Source: Macrostomum hystrix (taxonomy: Eukaryota > Animalia > Platyhelminthes). Taken from it: a stretch of 64,000 bases of DNA. The position numbers and the translations under genes are program-made. Position 1 is the stretch's first letter; the number at the start of each line of letters is the position of its first letter. The DNA is taken from positions 10,044,001 to 10,108,000 of the forward strand of contig CATNEN010000038.1 of NCBI GenBank assembly GCA_950097015.1, given 5' to 3'. The notes under the pieces were generated by a model. It was not told the origin of the DNA, ran no database searches, and saw nothing but the letters and a program-made list of their open reading frames with translations. This document shows, in pieces, positions 39,201 through 51,334 of the stretch.

Positions 39201-42086
39201 GTGAGATTCAGGCTTACTTCCATTCGACAGTTTAGAGTGAGATTCAGGCTTCAATTCGACAGTTTAGAGTGAGATTCAGGCTTCAATTCGACAGTTTAGA
39301 GTGAGATTCAGGCTTCAATTCGACAGTTTAGAGTGAGATTCAGGCTTACTTCAATTCGACAGTTTAGAGTGAGATTCAGGCTTCAATTCGACAGTTTAGG
39401 GTGAGATTCAGGCTTACTTCCATTCGACAGTTTAGAGTGAGATTCAGGCTTCCATTCGACAGTTTAGAGTGAGATTCAGGCTTCAATTCGACAGTTTAGA
39501 GTGAGATTCAGGCTTACTTCCATTCGACAGTTTAGAGTGAGATTCAGGCTTCAATTCGACAGTTTAGAGTGAGATTCAGGCTTCAATTCGACAGTTTAGA
39601 GTGAGATTCAGGCTTCAATTCGACAGTTTAGAGTGAGATTCAGGCTTCAATTCGACAGTTTAGAGTGAGATTCAGGCTTCAATTCGACAGTTTAGAGTGA
39701 GATTCAGGCTTACTTCAATTCGACAGTTTAGAGTGAGATTCAGGCTTCAATTCGACAGTTTAGAGTGAGATTCAGGCTTACTTCAATTCGACAGTTTAGA
39801 GTGAGATTCAGGCTTACTTCAATTCGACAGTTTAGAGTGAGATTCAGGCTTACTTCAATTCGACAGTTTAGAGTGAGATTCAGGCTTACTTCAATTCGAC
39901 AGTTTAGGGTGAGATTCAGGCTTACGTCAATTCGACAGTTTAGGGTGAGATTCAGGCTTACTTCAATTCGACAGTTTAGGGTGAGATTCAGGCTTACTTC
40001 AATTCGACAGTTTAGGGTGAGTTTCAGGCTTACTTCAATTCGACAGTGTAGGATAAGATTTTTGTTTCATTACTGTCTAACGAAAAAATCTTGTTTTTGC
40101 CAGTCTTACGTGAGATTGTGGTACTTATTTTGGATGGTCTTGAGTGAGGTTTTAGAACTAAAGTTTCTAAAACTATACATTTTATCTTTTTTGCTCAGAG
40201 CGAGATCACTTTCGAGGTGCAGTTCAACCAGTGGGCCTACGCACCCGAGCTCGCCCTGAGAACCTACAGCATTGTGAGCAGCTTAACGCCAGATTCGTCG
40301 CTAATCTATCTGGAAAAGTCTGTGCTAAACAATGCCACTCACCGCCTCACTAACCTGACCATTGGTCATTGCCGGCTATATGAGAATGCTACCCACTACT
40401 ACCGCCTGCTACCAATTTGGTGGGCCGCTTTGGACATTCCGGACACCGCCTGTGGACTTCGCCGCCTAGACAAGACCATCTTTGCCAATCTGACAGCCAG
40501 TGTTCAACTGCAGGCTGGTATCAATACAGCTGGACAATTCAATCTGTCTGTGCCAGTCAGCTGGACTGTGCCGGCACTAGCCAATCGTCGACTATTGATG
40601 CAATCTCGCCGTAGCAGCGTCGGCGGCGATTCCGACTCTGGCGCCAATCCGATACTGACTGGCTCGGCTGTGCCCTCGATAGCTGATAGGTTTCAATTTA
40701 AACTGGCAGTCAGGCCGCTCGGCGGCAGCGGCGGACCCAGAATTGCTCTGGAGCTGCAGTCGACGCGACCGGAGCTGCTGTACAGCGGCGAGCTGATTGA
40801 CTGCAGCCTGAACTACTACAGCAGGCCAGCCTGTCCGGCTAGTCGTATTTCAGTTCCGCTTGTGTCCAACGGCTGCACAGCTGAGGCTCAGTGGCTGGGT
40901 CCTGGCGTTGCCGCTCCGTTGCTCATTCTGCAGAGACATTTGCGTCAGGAATCATTACCTAGCAACGATGATAGCGGCGCTTGCGACAATGCGGAAGTTA
41001 GTAAGAGCTCTGCAATCGCCAGTTGCCGCGTTGCTGTCTGCCACCTGGCTGGGCCGGAGTCGGTTGGCCTAACTGTCAGCGAAGCGGACGCTATTGGCAT
41101 TCGGCAGTGTCGACGCCAGGGCGACGCCTGCGCTGACGCCGTGGCGCATCGAGCTGTTCGCAACGGCGTCCACTTGGCCCTAGTAAGTTATTTCTGGACG
41201 TTATTGTTGCTTTTTTTCTAAGTTCGTTAATCGTGATAATTAGCTTCGAATAGAGTCTTTGGGTACTGTACTACCGGCACGTTCCCTAAACTGCACATTA
41301 CCTAATGCAGAAAATGCGCATTCCGAAAACTACGCATTGCCTAAACTAGACGTTCATTAAACTTGAAACTCCGAAATGCGCATTATTTAAATTCCTCACT
41401 ACCTTCGAATTGAACATTCGAATCAAAACAGCGCAATATATATATTCTTCAGTAAACACTTCAGTAACCAGGGCTGTACATCCTCCATCACAATCGCCCC
41501 ACCCACCTCCGTCGTGCAGACTCCGCAGCGGCTGTTAGTGAGTCTAAAGAGCGACTCCCTTCCGCTAGACCAGATCCTGCTGATGCCCGCGCCTACCGCA
41601 GTCGAGCTAGCTACTACTAGGCGCGCTGCCGCCCCTACCAATGCGACTCCTGAGGCCCTGTTGTCACCCCCGCCGCCAGTCGGTCTCCAGGCTCTAGGAT
41701 CGGTCTCAAATCGTGTCGATCAGTCTGCTAAAATGATGGAATCAGTTCAAACTCCCCTGCCGACCTATCAGCTTTGGTCGCATCTGCTAGCTTCAGTTCT
41801 AGCCTTCCTATTCGGTGTTGGCACAACGGCTTCTATGTGGGCCATTGTCTCCGGCTGGCGTCGCTATCGACGACGTCGGCCTTGCCGATGCAACAGCGGC
41901 GGCGGCAGCGGAGATCCGGCTGATAGCGCCAAGTCCTCTGCTCAACACCTTCTCAGCTCCAGCGGCGGTGGCGGCGGAAATGTCGGCGGCGGTGGCGGCG
42001 GACACTCGGGCGACTCGTCGTCAGGTTTTTACGGCTGCGGCAATCAGGTGAAAGGCAGCAACGGCAGAGTAAATTTGGAAGTCTAG
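30278..42086 (+). CDS. TGFBR3: Betaglycan/endoglin (TGF-beta type III receptor)-like ZP-domain type I membrane protein, ~924 aa
   Basis: Exons 30278-30551 (signal peptide MLLALLLLATLLASSNS; phase 1), 36165-37066, 40199-41182 and 41472-42086 (last acceptor least certain). ZP-N-like CRLYENATHYY..ACG..IFAN; ZP-C-like IDCSL..LVSNGC..SCRVAVC..QCRRQGDAC. TM AFLFGVGTTASMWAI resembles betaglycan AFVIGALLTGALWYI, and the Ser-rich tail has SSAQH (compare SSAAH). Confidence 0.7.
31638..32105. repeat. Intronic minisatellite, 33-bp unit gtcagtcattcagatctgtcagtttctcattgt (~14 copies)
   Basis: Nearly perfect array in intron 1 of the TGFBR3-like gene. Confidence 0.95.
33755..34350. repeat. Intronic minisatellite, 43-bp unit catagactataagtgccatttcaatacacacgagacaatgggc
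   Basis: Period 43 (34141 to 34184); degenerate at the left end. Confidence 0.9.
34725..34990. repeat. Intronic minisatellite, 21-bp unit cagagggaagtaagtcgcaat
   Basis: Direct reading. Confidence 0.9.
35851..36116 (-). mobile_element. SINE family A copy, internally rearranged
   Basis: taataataattgcaggaggg..gtgacactagaccc..cacaggtgtgtacatctg..gcggaatcga matches 333-643; ends about 50 nt before the exon 2 acceptor. Confidence 0.8.
37300..38148. repeat. Intronic minisatellite, 16-bp unit gagacactgcagagat (~53 copies)
   Basis: Intron 2 of the TGFBR3-like gene. Confidence 0.95.
38700..40050. repeat. Intronic minisatellite, 36/32-bp unit gtgagattcaggct(tact)tcaattcgacagtttaga
   Basis: Intron 2; mixed 36-bp and 32-bp units. 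Confidence 0.95.
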
Positions 42087-42644
42087 ATAGCAATGTCTGT
42101 CTAAAAATAGATTTTTTTTAAAGATCTGAAAAAGGAAGCAAAATTCTTGTGTTAACAAACTATTTTAGATGGAGATTTCAGTCTGATATTATTTCTCTCA
42201 GCGTTGTTACTTTGTTTTTCTCTGTCCGCTAGCGTTAACATATGTACATAGATGAAGATTGTGCAGGGATTTAACTCATTAATTCTATTTGTGCAAGTGT
42301 ACAAAAGTAAGTATTTGCTTCTCTGTATTGTTGTACAAAGTCTGGTTTTCTGTTTTAGTATCTTATATAAAATATGTATTGTTTGGTGTAGATTTTTTCC
42401 AACTATTGGGTTCTTTTTGTTCTGTCTATCCAAAATCTCAGGATTTTTAATTGCTGTAAAATTAATACATAATAACATTTGCAACTGGGGTCGGCAAACT
42501 GATTAGGCCAAAGAGAGAAGCTAAAATATGGCTGCGGGCCGCATTCACTGCAGAAATGTGAGATAGGGAAGATGTTGTACCGGTCGTCCTGCTAACAATG
42601 AGGATCCGGCGGACTCCAATATGAAGTCCAAGAATATCAGGTAG

Positions 42645-43448
42645 TGTAGTAGTAGCGCTGCCACCAGGGCGTCAGGACTTCTGCCTTCGGTGAGGTGAAG
42701 GATCCTTGGCCCGAAAGAAACGAAGTCACAAAGTCTCGAGAAGCACACAGTGCAGAGTTCCAGTTGCAATTACAGGCTGTCAGTGTCCTGCGTAGCTCGG
42801 ATGGTGGGGTGGAAGGCTAAGTTAGTTTCGGGACTTAGCCAGAACAGAGCTTACGAGCAGTCACATGCAGAGACTGAAGTAGGAAACTTAGACACTGATG
42901 GCACAGAGAACAAGTTAAGAACGACGGTTATCAAGAGAAGGTTTAAACAAGGGATAGAAGGGTTAGAAGGGATAGAAGGGATAGAGAACCAGAGGAGCGG
43001 GGCCTTTGTTTTATAGGCAGGGGCCTCCCATAGGGTCAGTGCATAGTTAGAAAACACGTGATGAAATCACGTGGTTTCTAAAAATAGCAACTGACGTCAG
43101 TGGCGCCAGAAACGTCACTCCTACGTAGGCTCCTGTCCCATAATCAAAGCCCCAAGTGCAGTAAACATGTTTACGTGCACTTTAGGAGACAAAGAGAGAG
43201 GCCAGTCACATGAGGAGAATCACGTGCTGACTGAGTGCAGACAAACGCGCACACAAAGAAAGGGACTGGCCAGCGCGGGACAAAGAGGTGATGACTCATC
43301 CCTGGGGGAGAGACAACACACTCTAAGTGCAAGCGCTGCCGCGGGAAAGGGAGGACAAAGAGAGCAGACCAGACAACGCCAGAGAGGGCGGGCCGGACAG
43401 CCACTCAGTGCCGGGAAAAGGGAGCCACCTAAGCTACGGCTCACTACA
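42645..43448 (-). mobile_element. Probable solo LTR or LTR-like promoter element (~800 bp)
   Basis: Termini TGTAGT (42645) and ACTACA (43443-43448); minus-strand TATAAAA at 43009-43015 followed by a pyrimidine-rich tract; upstream enhancer-like motif cluster; GGTGGCAGCG near the 3' end. No TSD found. Confidence 0.4.
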
Positions 43449-43449
43449 A

Positions 43450-44485
43450 AGAGATAAGACACAGGAGAGATAAGACACAGGAGAGATAAGACACAGGAGA
43501 GATAAGACACACGAGAGATAAGACACAGGGAAGATAAGACGCAGGGGAGATAAGACACAGGGAGATAAGACACAGGGTAGATGAGACACAGGAGAGATGA
43601 GACACAGGAGAGATGAGACACAGGAGAGATAAGACACAGGAGAGATGAGACACAGGAGAGATGAGACACAGGAAAGATAAGACACAGGGAGATAAGACAC
43701 AGGGTAGATGAGACACAGGAGAGATGAGACACAGGGGAGATAAGACACAGGAGAGATGAGACACAGGAGAGATGAGACGCAGGAGAGATGAGACACAGGG
43801 GAGATAAGACACAGGGTAGATGAGACACAGGAGAGATGAGACACAGGGGAGATGAGACACAGGGAGATTAGACACAGGGGAGATGAGACACAGGGAGATA
43901 AGACACAGGAGAGATGAGACACAGGAGAGATAAGACGCAGGGGAGATAAGACACAGGAGAGATAAGACACATGGGAGATGAGACACAGGGAGATAAGACA
44001 CAGGAGAGATGAGACACAGGAGAGATAAGACGCAGGAGAGATAAGACGCAGGGGAGATAAGACACAGGAGAGATAAGACACAGGAGAGATAAGACACATG
44101 GGAGATAAGACACAGGAGATACAAGACACAGGAGAGATAAGACACAGGAGAGATAAGACACAGGAGAGATAAGACACAGGAGATACAAGACACAGGAGAG
44201 ATAAGACACAGGAGAGATGAGATACAGGAGAGATGAGACACAGGAAAGATAAGACACAGGAGAGATAAGACACAGGAGATACAAGACACAGGAGAGATAA
44301 GACACAGGAGAGATAAGACACAGGAGAGATAAGACACAGGAGAGACAAGACACAGGAGAGATAAGACACAGGAGAGATAAGACACAGGGAAGATAAGACG
44401 CAGGAGAGATAAGACACAGGAGAGATGAGACACAGGAGAGATGAGACACAGGGGAGATGAGACACAGGAGAGATAAGACAGGAGA
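43450..44485. repeat. Minisatellite, 16-bp unit gataagacacaggaga (~65 copies)
   Basis: Direct reading; shares the GAGATRAGACAC core with the 37300 array. Confidence 0.95.
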
Positions 44486-45106
44486 AAGATGAAACTGGAT
44501 ACTGTTGGTGTCGGATAGGGCAGCGGCTCGGATATAGGAGCTTCGAGGGCCGCATCTGGTCCGCGTACCGGAGTTTGTCGGCGCCAGATTTTTAATAATA
44601 CCTTGTTAGTTTTTTATTACCAAGTGTCCCTAAATTTGCTGCTGTTGCTACTTAGTTATGAAAATTCAAATTCAAATTAATCGGCAGGTTAAACCCACAA
44701 TGTTTGTGTTCTTTGTGTCCTTTTATAAAGATACGATGAATTGTCGCTGTTGTTTTTATTCAATTAATCAGGTATGTTTTTTTAATAAAATTTTGGTTCT
44801 TTATGGCGCCTCTCTGGTTAACTATGCCGAATTTACTCAACTTTTTTGAAGCCTTTTTTCTATTGTTTTTGTCTATTTGACAATTACTTATCTCAGCTTT
44901 TACCTAACTCAGAAATCACTTCGCAAACACTGTTAGCTGCCTCAAGCTGTAGTTTTTAAATTACATTTAGAATTATTGCCTGCTTTGGTAGCTTAACTGT
45001 GTGTAATTTTTGTTTTCAACTAACAAATCTATGATACAAGTGTCAGAAATCTAATTAGACTGTTCTTCGACTGTGGATTAATAGTAGTATGACATTTTTA
45101 GATTTT

Positions 45107-45299
45107 AATAATAATAAGAATAATAATACTAATTATAATTGACTACACCTGCCCAATTGAGCCGCAGCTAATGCTTGGTGAACTGAAGCAATGCAGAGTT
45201 AAGTGTCTTTCTAAAGGACACAAACTGTTCCAGTGGAGTCAGGAATCGAACCCCCGACCTTCCAGTCGCGAGTCCAACGCCCTAACCACTAGGCTACAA
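45107..45299 (-). mobile_element. SINE family B (tRNA head + CORE-like), internally deleted
   Basis: Near-identical head aatcgaacccccgacct..cgccctaaccactaggctaca and the gttaagtgtc..aaaggacacaa segment are shared with 60876-61194. Confidence 0.8.
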
Positions 45300-46354
45300 T
45301 TCACTTTGATTAAAAAACTTTAAAATCATTGTAAGATAATTTAGTAAAACTAGCTGCTAGGATTGACATTTGTTAAATCCCCATCGCCCACAAGGCAAAC
45401 TGTTGTTTTAAAATTCATTAATTTGTCTCCTAAAAGTACATCGCAACAATTCAGGGATTTGCATCACATGCTTCTCATTACGCATCTTACCTAGGATAAA
45501 CTAGTTGTCTGTACAGTATTTCGCACGCTCTCGTTGTGTCACTTGGTGTTTCTTGTCTCAAAATAACTTGATTGATTGTATATAGAAAAACATTGTAAGC
45601 TATCAAATCGCAGCTATTTTTGTTTTGTTTTTTTCGTTTTGTTTGAACTTAATGAGAAGTTTAGCTTAACTGTGTGATCAAATCAGTTTTCATATAAGAT
45701 ACTTACACGGCTAGTGGATTCCAAGAAATTTAGCACGTTGTCCCGCAGTTTTAACGAACCAATTAGCGTCGCCTAGCTGAAAAACAGTACTAATGAAAAC
45801 TTTAGGCTTGTTCTGTCATTTATTGTAGACTGTAGACAAATCTAACAACTTGCCGCACTACCTCTCGCTTATTAAAGCTTGCAGCAGCACGGAATTAGAG
45901 TTATTATTACTGCATAAAACTTGCTGTCTGTTAATACTTTATTCCAGTTTTACTACTGAGTCAGTAGTATGCAGTGTAAAAAACACGTGAAAATGTCTTG
46001 TGTTATGTTGACTAATTTTTTGTATCTTTAAGCCCTCTATTCTACCTAATTTACCTAGTTCGTGGCGCCAGATCTTTGTGTAAAAAATTAATATCATTGA
46101 CAGCGTTATGACAAACTATATCAGAAGTATAGTTTCTTTTTGTTCCAACCAAATAAACACTGACAGTGGCTCTGTGGGCGCGCCGTACCTGTCCTGTATT
46201 GTGCGTGTCGTATTGCTGTCTCCTGTAATTCTCCTGCACACGTTATTAAATTGTCTGGACCAAGATATTTTGCATTTATTCTTTTTCGTAACAATGCAGA
46301 TACGCAAGTGAAGTCATGCTCTCATGCAATGCTAGTAAGCTCATGTGATTGCAA

Positions 46355-47550
46355 TTTAGCTGCGATTCCACATTCAATAGCCTAATTGTAGCTGCGATTC
46401 CACATTCAATAGCCTAGTTGTAGCTACGATACCACATTCAATAGCCTAATTGTAGCTGCGATTCCACATTCAATAGCCTAGTTGTAGCTACGATTCCACA
46501 TTCAATAGCCTAATTGTAGCTGCGATTCCACATTCAATAGCCTTAGTTGTAGCTGCGATTCCACATTTAATAGCCTAGTTGTAGCTGCGATTCCACCCTC
46601 GATAGCCTTAGTTGTAGCTGCGATTCCACATTCAATAGCCTAGTTGTAGCTGCGATTCCACATTCGATAGCCTTAGTTGTAGCTGCGATTCCACATTCAA
46701 TAGCCTAGTTGTAGCTGCGATTCCACATTAAATAGCTTAATTGTAGCTACGATTCTACCTTCAAAAGCTTAGTTGTAGCTGCGATTCCACATTCAATAGC
46801 CTTAGTTGTAGCTGCGATTCCACATTCAATAGCCTATTTGTAGCTGCGATTCCACATTCAATAGCTTAGTTGTAGCTGCGATTCCACATTCAATAGCCTT
46901 AGTTGTAGCTACGATTCCACCTTCGATAGCTTAGTTGTAGCTGCGATTCGACATTCAATAGGCTAGTTGTAGCTACGATTCCACCTTCGATAGCCTTAGT
47001 TGTAGCTGCGATTCCATATTCAATAGCCTTAGTTGTAGCTGCGATTCCATATTCAATAGCCTTAGTTGTAGCTGCGATTCCACATTCAATAGCTTAGTTG
47101 TAGCTGCGATTCCACATTCAATAGCTTAGTTGTAGCTGCGATTCCACATTCAATAGCTTAGTAGTAGCTGCGATTCCACATTCAATAGCTTAGTTGTAGC
47201 TGCGATTCCACATTCAATAGCTTAGTTGTAGCTGCGATTCCACATTCAATAGGCTAGTTGTAGCTACGATTCCACCTTCGATAGCCTTAGTTGTAGCTGC
47301 GATTCCACATTCAATAGCCTTAGTTGTAGCTGCGATTCCACATTCAATAGCTTAGTTGTAGCTGCGATTCCACATTCAATAGCCTTAGTTGTATCTACGA
47401 TTCCACCTTCGATAGCCTTAGTTGTAGCTGCGATTCCACCTTCGATAGCCTTAGTTGTCGCTGCGATTCCACATTCAATAGCTTAGTTGTAGTTGCGATT
47501 CCACCAGTAACAGCTTAGTTGTAGCTACGATTCCAGCTTCGATAGCTTTA
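46355..47550. repeat. Minisatellite, 31-33-bp unit tagctgcgattccacattcaatagcctagttg (~37 copies)
   Basis: Direct reading. Confidence 0.95.
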
Positions 47551-48299
47551 TCCTAGCAGCATTTCCACCTCACATGTTCACATTCAAGCTGCAGATGAAC
47601 TTCGACAGTCAACTTGAAAATCATTGTGAAGCTTTAGGCATGTGCATTTTATGATTGATAAGATAATGGCGCACCGGATAGGCGAAATCACTAGTTATTT
47701 AACAGGTCTGCGCACTGTCTGATAGTCAATAAACAATTGGTTATTGATTTTTAACATACCGGTACACATCGAAATAATTAGGGTTAAAACAAAGATTGCA
47801 ATGAGAACAATAATAAAAAATATGTAAAAATACCAGCTAAGTTGAATTCCATTCTCGCAGTTTGATTACAGGTGCATTGCATTCAACCACGAAGTTCAGG
47901 TATAAAAACAAGCACACAACAAGCACTCGTGATGCATGCAGCTGTATTTATATGGGACGAATAAATACTTACACGCAAATTATTTCCGATATGAACATGT
48001 CCAACTTGTCTATGAGCACGTACATTTCAAAGTTAAATAAGAATTACAAACTTTAAAAATTTCAGGAGCAGTATATGACTTTACATGACAACTATTTTAT
48101 TTAAACGGCAGAGCTGAATCTCATAGTTTCACAGCAGAGGGAAATCTCAATTGTGAAGAAATATCCCTTACAGGCTATTGAGAAGTATTCCCTAAAGTGG
48201 GGAATTCCCGACTACATAAGAGAAAAGTTGCATATACGCTATTGTTGTAGGAAAATCCCATAGTTTGTGACTGTATTGATCGAGGGAAATTCTATAGTT

Positions 48300-50695
48300 T
48301 ATAAGTAAAGGGAAATCCTAAAGTTCAGTAGTAAATGGAAATCCCAAGGTTCAATATTAGAGGGAACACTTAAGGTTGAATAGAAGAGGAAAATCCCAAG
48401 GTTCAGTAGTAGAGGGAAATCCTAAATTTCAGTAGTAGAGGGAAATCCCAAAGTCCAATAGCAGAGAAAAATCCCAAGGTTCAGTAGTAGAGGGAAATCT
48501 CAAGGCTCAGTAGTAGAGGGAAATCCTAAATTTCAGTAGTAGAGGGAAATCCCAAGGTTCAGTAGTAGAGGGAAATCCTAAATTTCAGTAGTAGAGGGAA
48601 ATCCTAAATTTCAGTAGTACAGGGAAATCCCAAGGCTCAGTAGTAGAGGGAAATCCTAAATTTCAGTAGTAGAGGGAAATCCTAAATTTCAGTAGTAGAG
48701 GGAAATCATAAATTTCAGTAGTAGAGGGAAATCCCAAGGTTCAGTAGTAGAGGGAAATCCTAAATTTCAGTAGTACAGGGAAATCCCAAGGCTCAGTAGT
48801 AGAGGGAAATCCTAAATTTCAGTAGTAGAGGGAAATCCTAAATTTCAGTAGTAGAGGGAAATCATAAATTTCAGTAGTAGAGGGAAATCCCAAGGCTCAG
48901 TAGTAGAGGGAAATCCTAAATTTCAGTAGTAGAGGGAAATCTCGAGGTTCAGTAGTAGAGGGAAATCCTAAATTTCAGTAGTAGAGGGAAATCTCGAAGT
49001 TCAGTAGTAGAGGGAAATCCTAAATTTCAGTAGTAGAGGGAAATCTCGAGGCTCAGTAGTAGAGGGAAATCCCAAGGTTCAGTAGTAGAGGGAAATCATA
49101 AATTTCAGTAGTAGAGGGAAATCTCGAGGCTCAGTAGTAGAGGGAAATCCTAAATTTCAGTAGTAGAGGGAAATCTCGAGGCTCAGTAGTAGAGGGAAAT
49201 CCTAAATTTCAGTAGTAGAGGGAAATCTCGAGGCTCAGTAGTAGAGGGAAATCCCAAGGTTCAGTAGTAGAGGGAAATCATAAATTTCAGTAGTAGAGGG
49301 AAATCTCGAGGCTCAGTAGTAGAGGGAAATCCTAAATTTCAGTAGTAGAGGGAAATCCCAAGGTTCAATAGCAGAGGGAAATCCCAAGGTTCAGTAGTAG
49401 AGGGAAATCCTAAATTTCAGTAGTACAGGGAAATCCCAAGGCTCAGTAGTAGAGGGAAATCCTAAATTTCAGTAGTAGAGGGAAATCCTAAATTTCAGTA
49501 GTAGAGGGAAATCATAAATTTCAGTAGTAGAGGGAAATCCCAAGGCTCAGTAGTAGAGGGAAATCCTAAATTTCAGTAGTAGAGGGAAATCTCGAAGTTC
49601 AGTAGTAGAGGGAAATCCTAAATTTCAGTAGTAGAGGGAAATCTCGAGGCTCAGTAGTAGAGGGAAATCCCAAGGTTCAGTAGTAGAGGGAAATCATAAA
49701 TTTCAGTAGTAGAGGGAAATCTCGAGGCTCAGTAGTAGAGGGAAATCCTAAATTTCAGTAGTAGAGGGAAATCTCGAGGCTCAGTAGTAGAGGGAAATCC
49801 TAAATTTCAGTAGTAGAGGGAAATCTCGAGGCTCAGTAGTAGAGGGAAATCCCAAGGTTCAGTAGTAGAGGGAAATCATAAATTTCAGTAGTAGAGGGAA
49901 ATCTCGAGGTTCAGTAGTAGAGGGAAATCCTAAATTTCAGTAGTAGAGGGAAATCATAAATTTCAGTAGTAGAGGGAAATCCCAAGGTTCAGTAGTAGAG
50001 GGAAATCCTAAATTTCAGTAGTACAGGGAAATCCCAAGGCTCAGTAGTAGAGGGAAATCCTAAATTTCAGTAGTAGAGGGAAATCCTAAATTTCAGTAGT
50101 AGAGGGAAATCATAAATTTCAGTAGTAGAGGGAAATCCCAAGGCTCAGTAGTAGAGGGAAATCCTAAATTTCAGTAGTAGAGGGAAATCTCGAGGTTCAG
50201 TAGTAGAGGGAAATCCTAAATTTCAGTAGTAGAGGGAAATCTCGAAGTTCAGTAGTAGAGGGAAATCCTAAATTTCAGTAGTAGAGGGAAATCTCGAGGC
50301 TCAGTAGTAGAGGGAAATCCCAAGGTTCAGTAGTAGAGGGAAATCATAAATTTCAGTAGTAGAGGGAAATCTCGAGGCTCAGTAGTAGAGGGAAATCCTA
50401 AATTTCAGTAGTAGAGGGAAATCTCGAGGCTCAGTAGTAGAGGGAAATCCTAAATTTCAGTAGTAGAGGGAAATCTCGAGGCTCAGTAGTAGAGGGAAAT
50501 CCCAAGGTTCAGTAGTAGAGGGAAATCATAAATTTCAGTAGTAGAGGGAAATCTCGAGGCTCAGTAGTAGAGGGAAATCCTAAATTTCAGTAGTAGAGGG
50601 AAATCCCAAGGTTCAATAGCAGAGGGAAATCCCAAGGTTCAGTAGTAGAGGGAAATCCTAAATTTCAGTAGTAGAGAGAAATCTCGAGGTTCAGT
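48300..50695. repeat. Satellite, 26-bp unit agtagtagagggaaatc(N8)c (~90 copies) with higher-order structure
   Basis: Constant 18 bp plus a variable octamer; marker variants recur 1248 bp apart. Confidence 0.95.
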
Positions 50696-51334
50696 TGTAT
50701 ACGTAAATACCAAAGTTTAGTAGAAGATGGAAATCCCAAAGGTATAGCTAATTTTTTAAGGAAAATTCTTTTTACGGATATTTACGGAGAGAATTTTATT
50801 AGAAAAAAAACGCAAACCGTTCGGTACGCACAAAAACTATACAAGGCAAAGAACCCGATTTAAACAAAAAAGTTATTTGCACCTTTCACTCCATGAAACG
50901 TGAACAAATACACAAAAAACGATGCAAACAAGATGGTGATAGATTCTTAAAATTTTTTGAAAGATTCTGAAGAAAAAGATTTAGAAAAAAGCCAAGCTTA
51001 TGTTTCATATACGAAGACAGGGTGACGCCACTGTATCAAAAAAAGGCACTAAAACGTAAAAAATATAAAACATTGAAATTCCACTTCAAAAATAACAAGA
51101 AAATATTGCGTTAACATTGCCGCGAAACACTTATAAATAAGAATGCAACTATGGTAATAGAAACTATTGATAATCAACTGATGAGACAATAAAAAAGCAA
51201 TAGTTTGAATCTGCCGGCGACAAAAATCAATTGAGATTAGCTATCGGCTATGATGACAATTATGACATAATATGGACACAACAAAAATCCTGCATTGAGT
51301 CAATTAGCTGAAAAAACAGGAATTAACAGACTGC

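Noticed and set aside
38700-40020. TTAGGG words as interstitial telomere
   Set aside because: Single hexamers inside a 36-bp unit, mostly mutated to TTAGAG and never tandem.
43220-44555. Cys/Leu/Ser-rich ORFs (also those at 2672-3484, 3753-4630, 5974-7716, 9266-11489, 31648-32184, 37208-38143, 51295-51807)
   Set aside because: All coincide with minisatellites and show the repeat period.
48300-50695. Constant repeat plus variable insert resembling a CRISPR array
   Set aside because: Inserts are only 8 nt, drawn from about 7 related variants and reused. No unique spacers or cas genes, and the context is eukaryotic.
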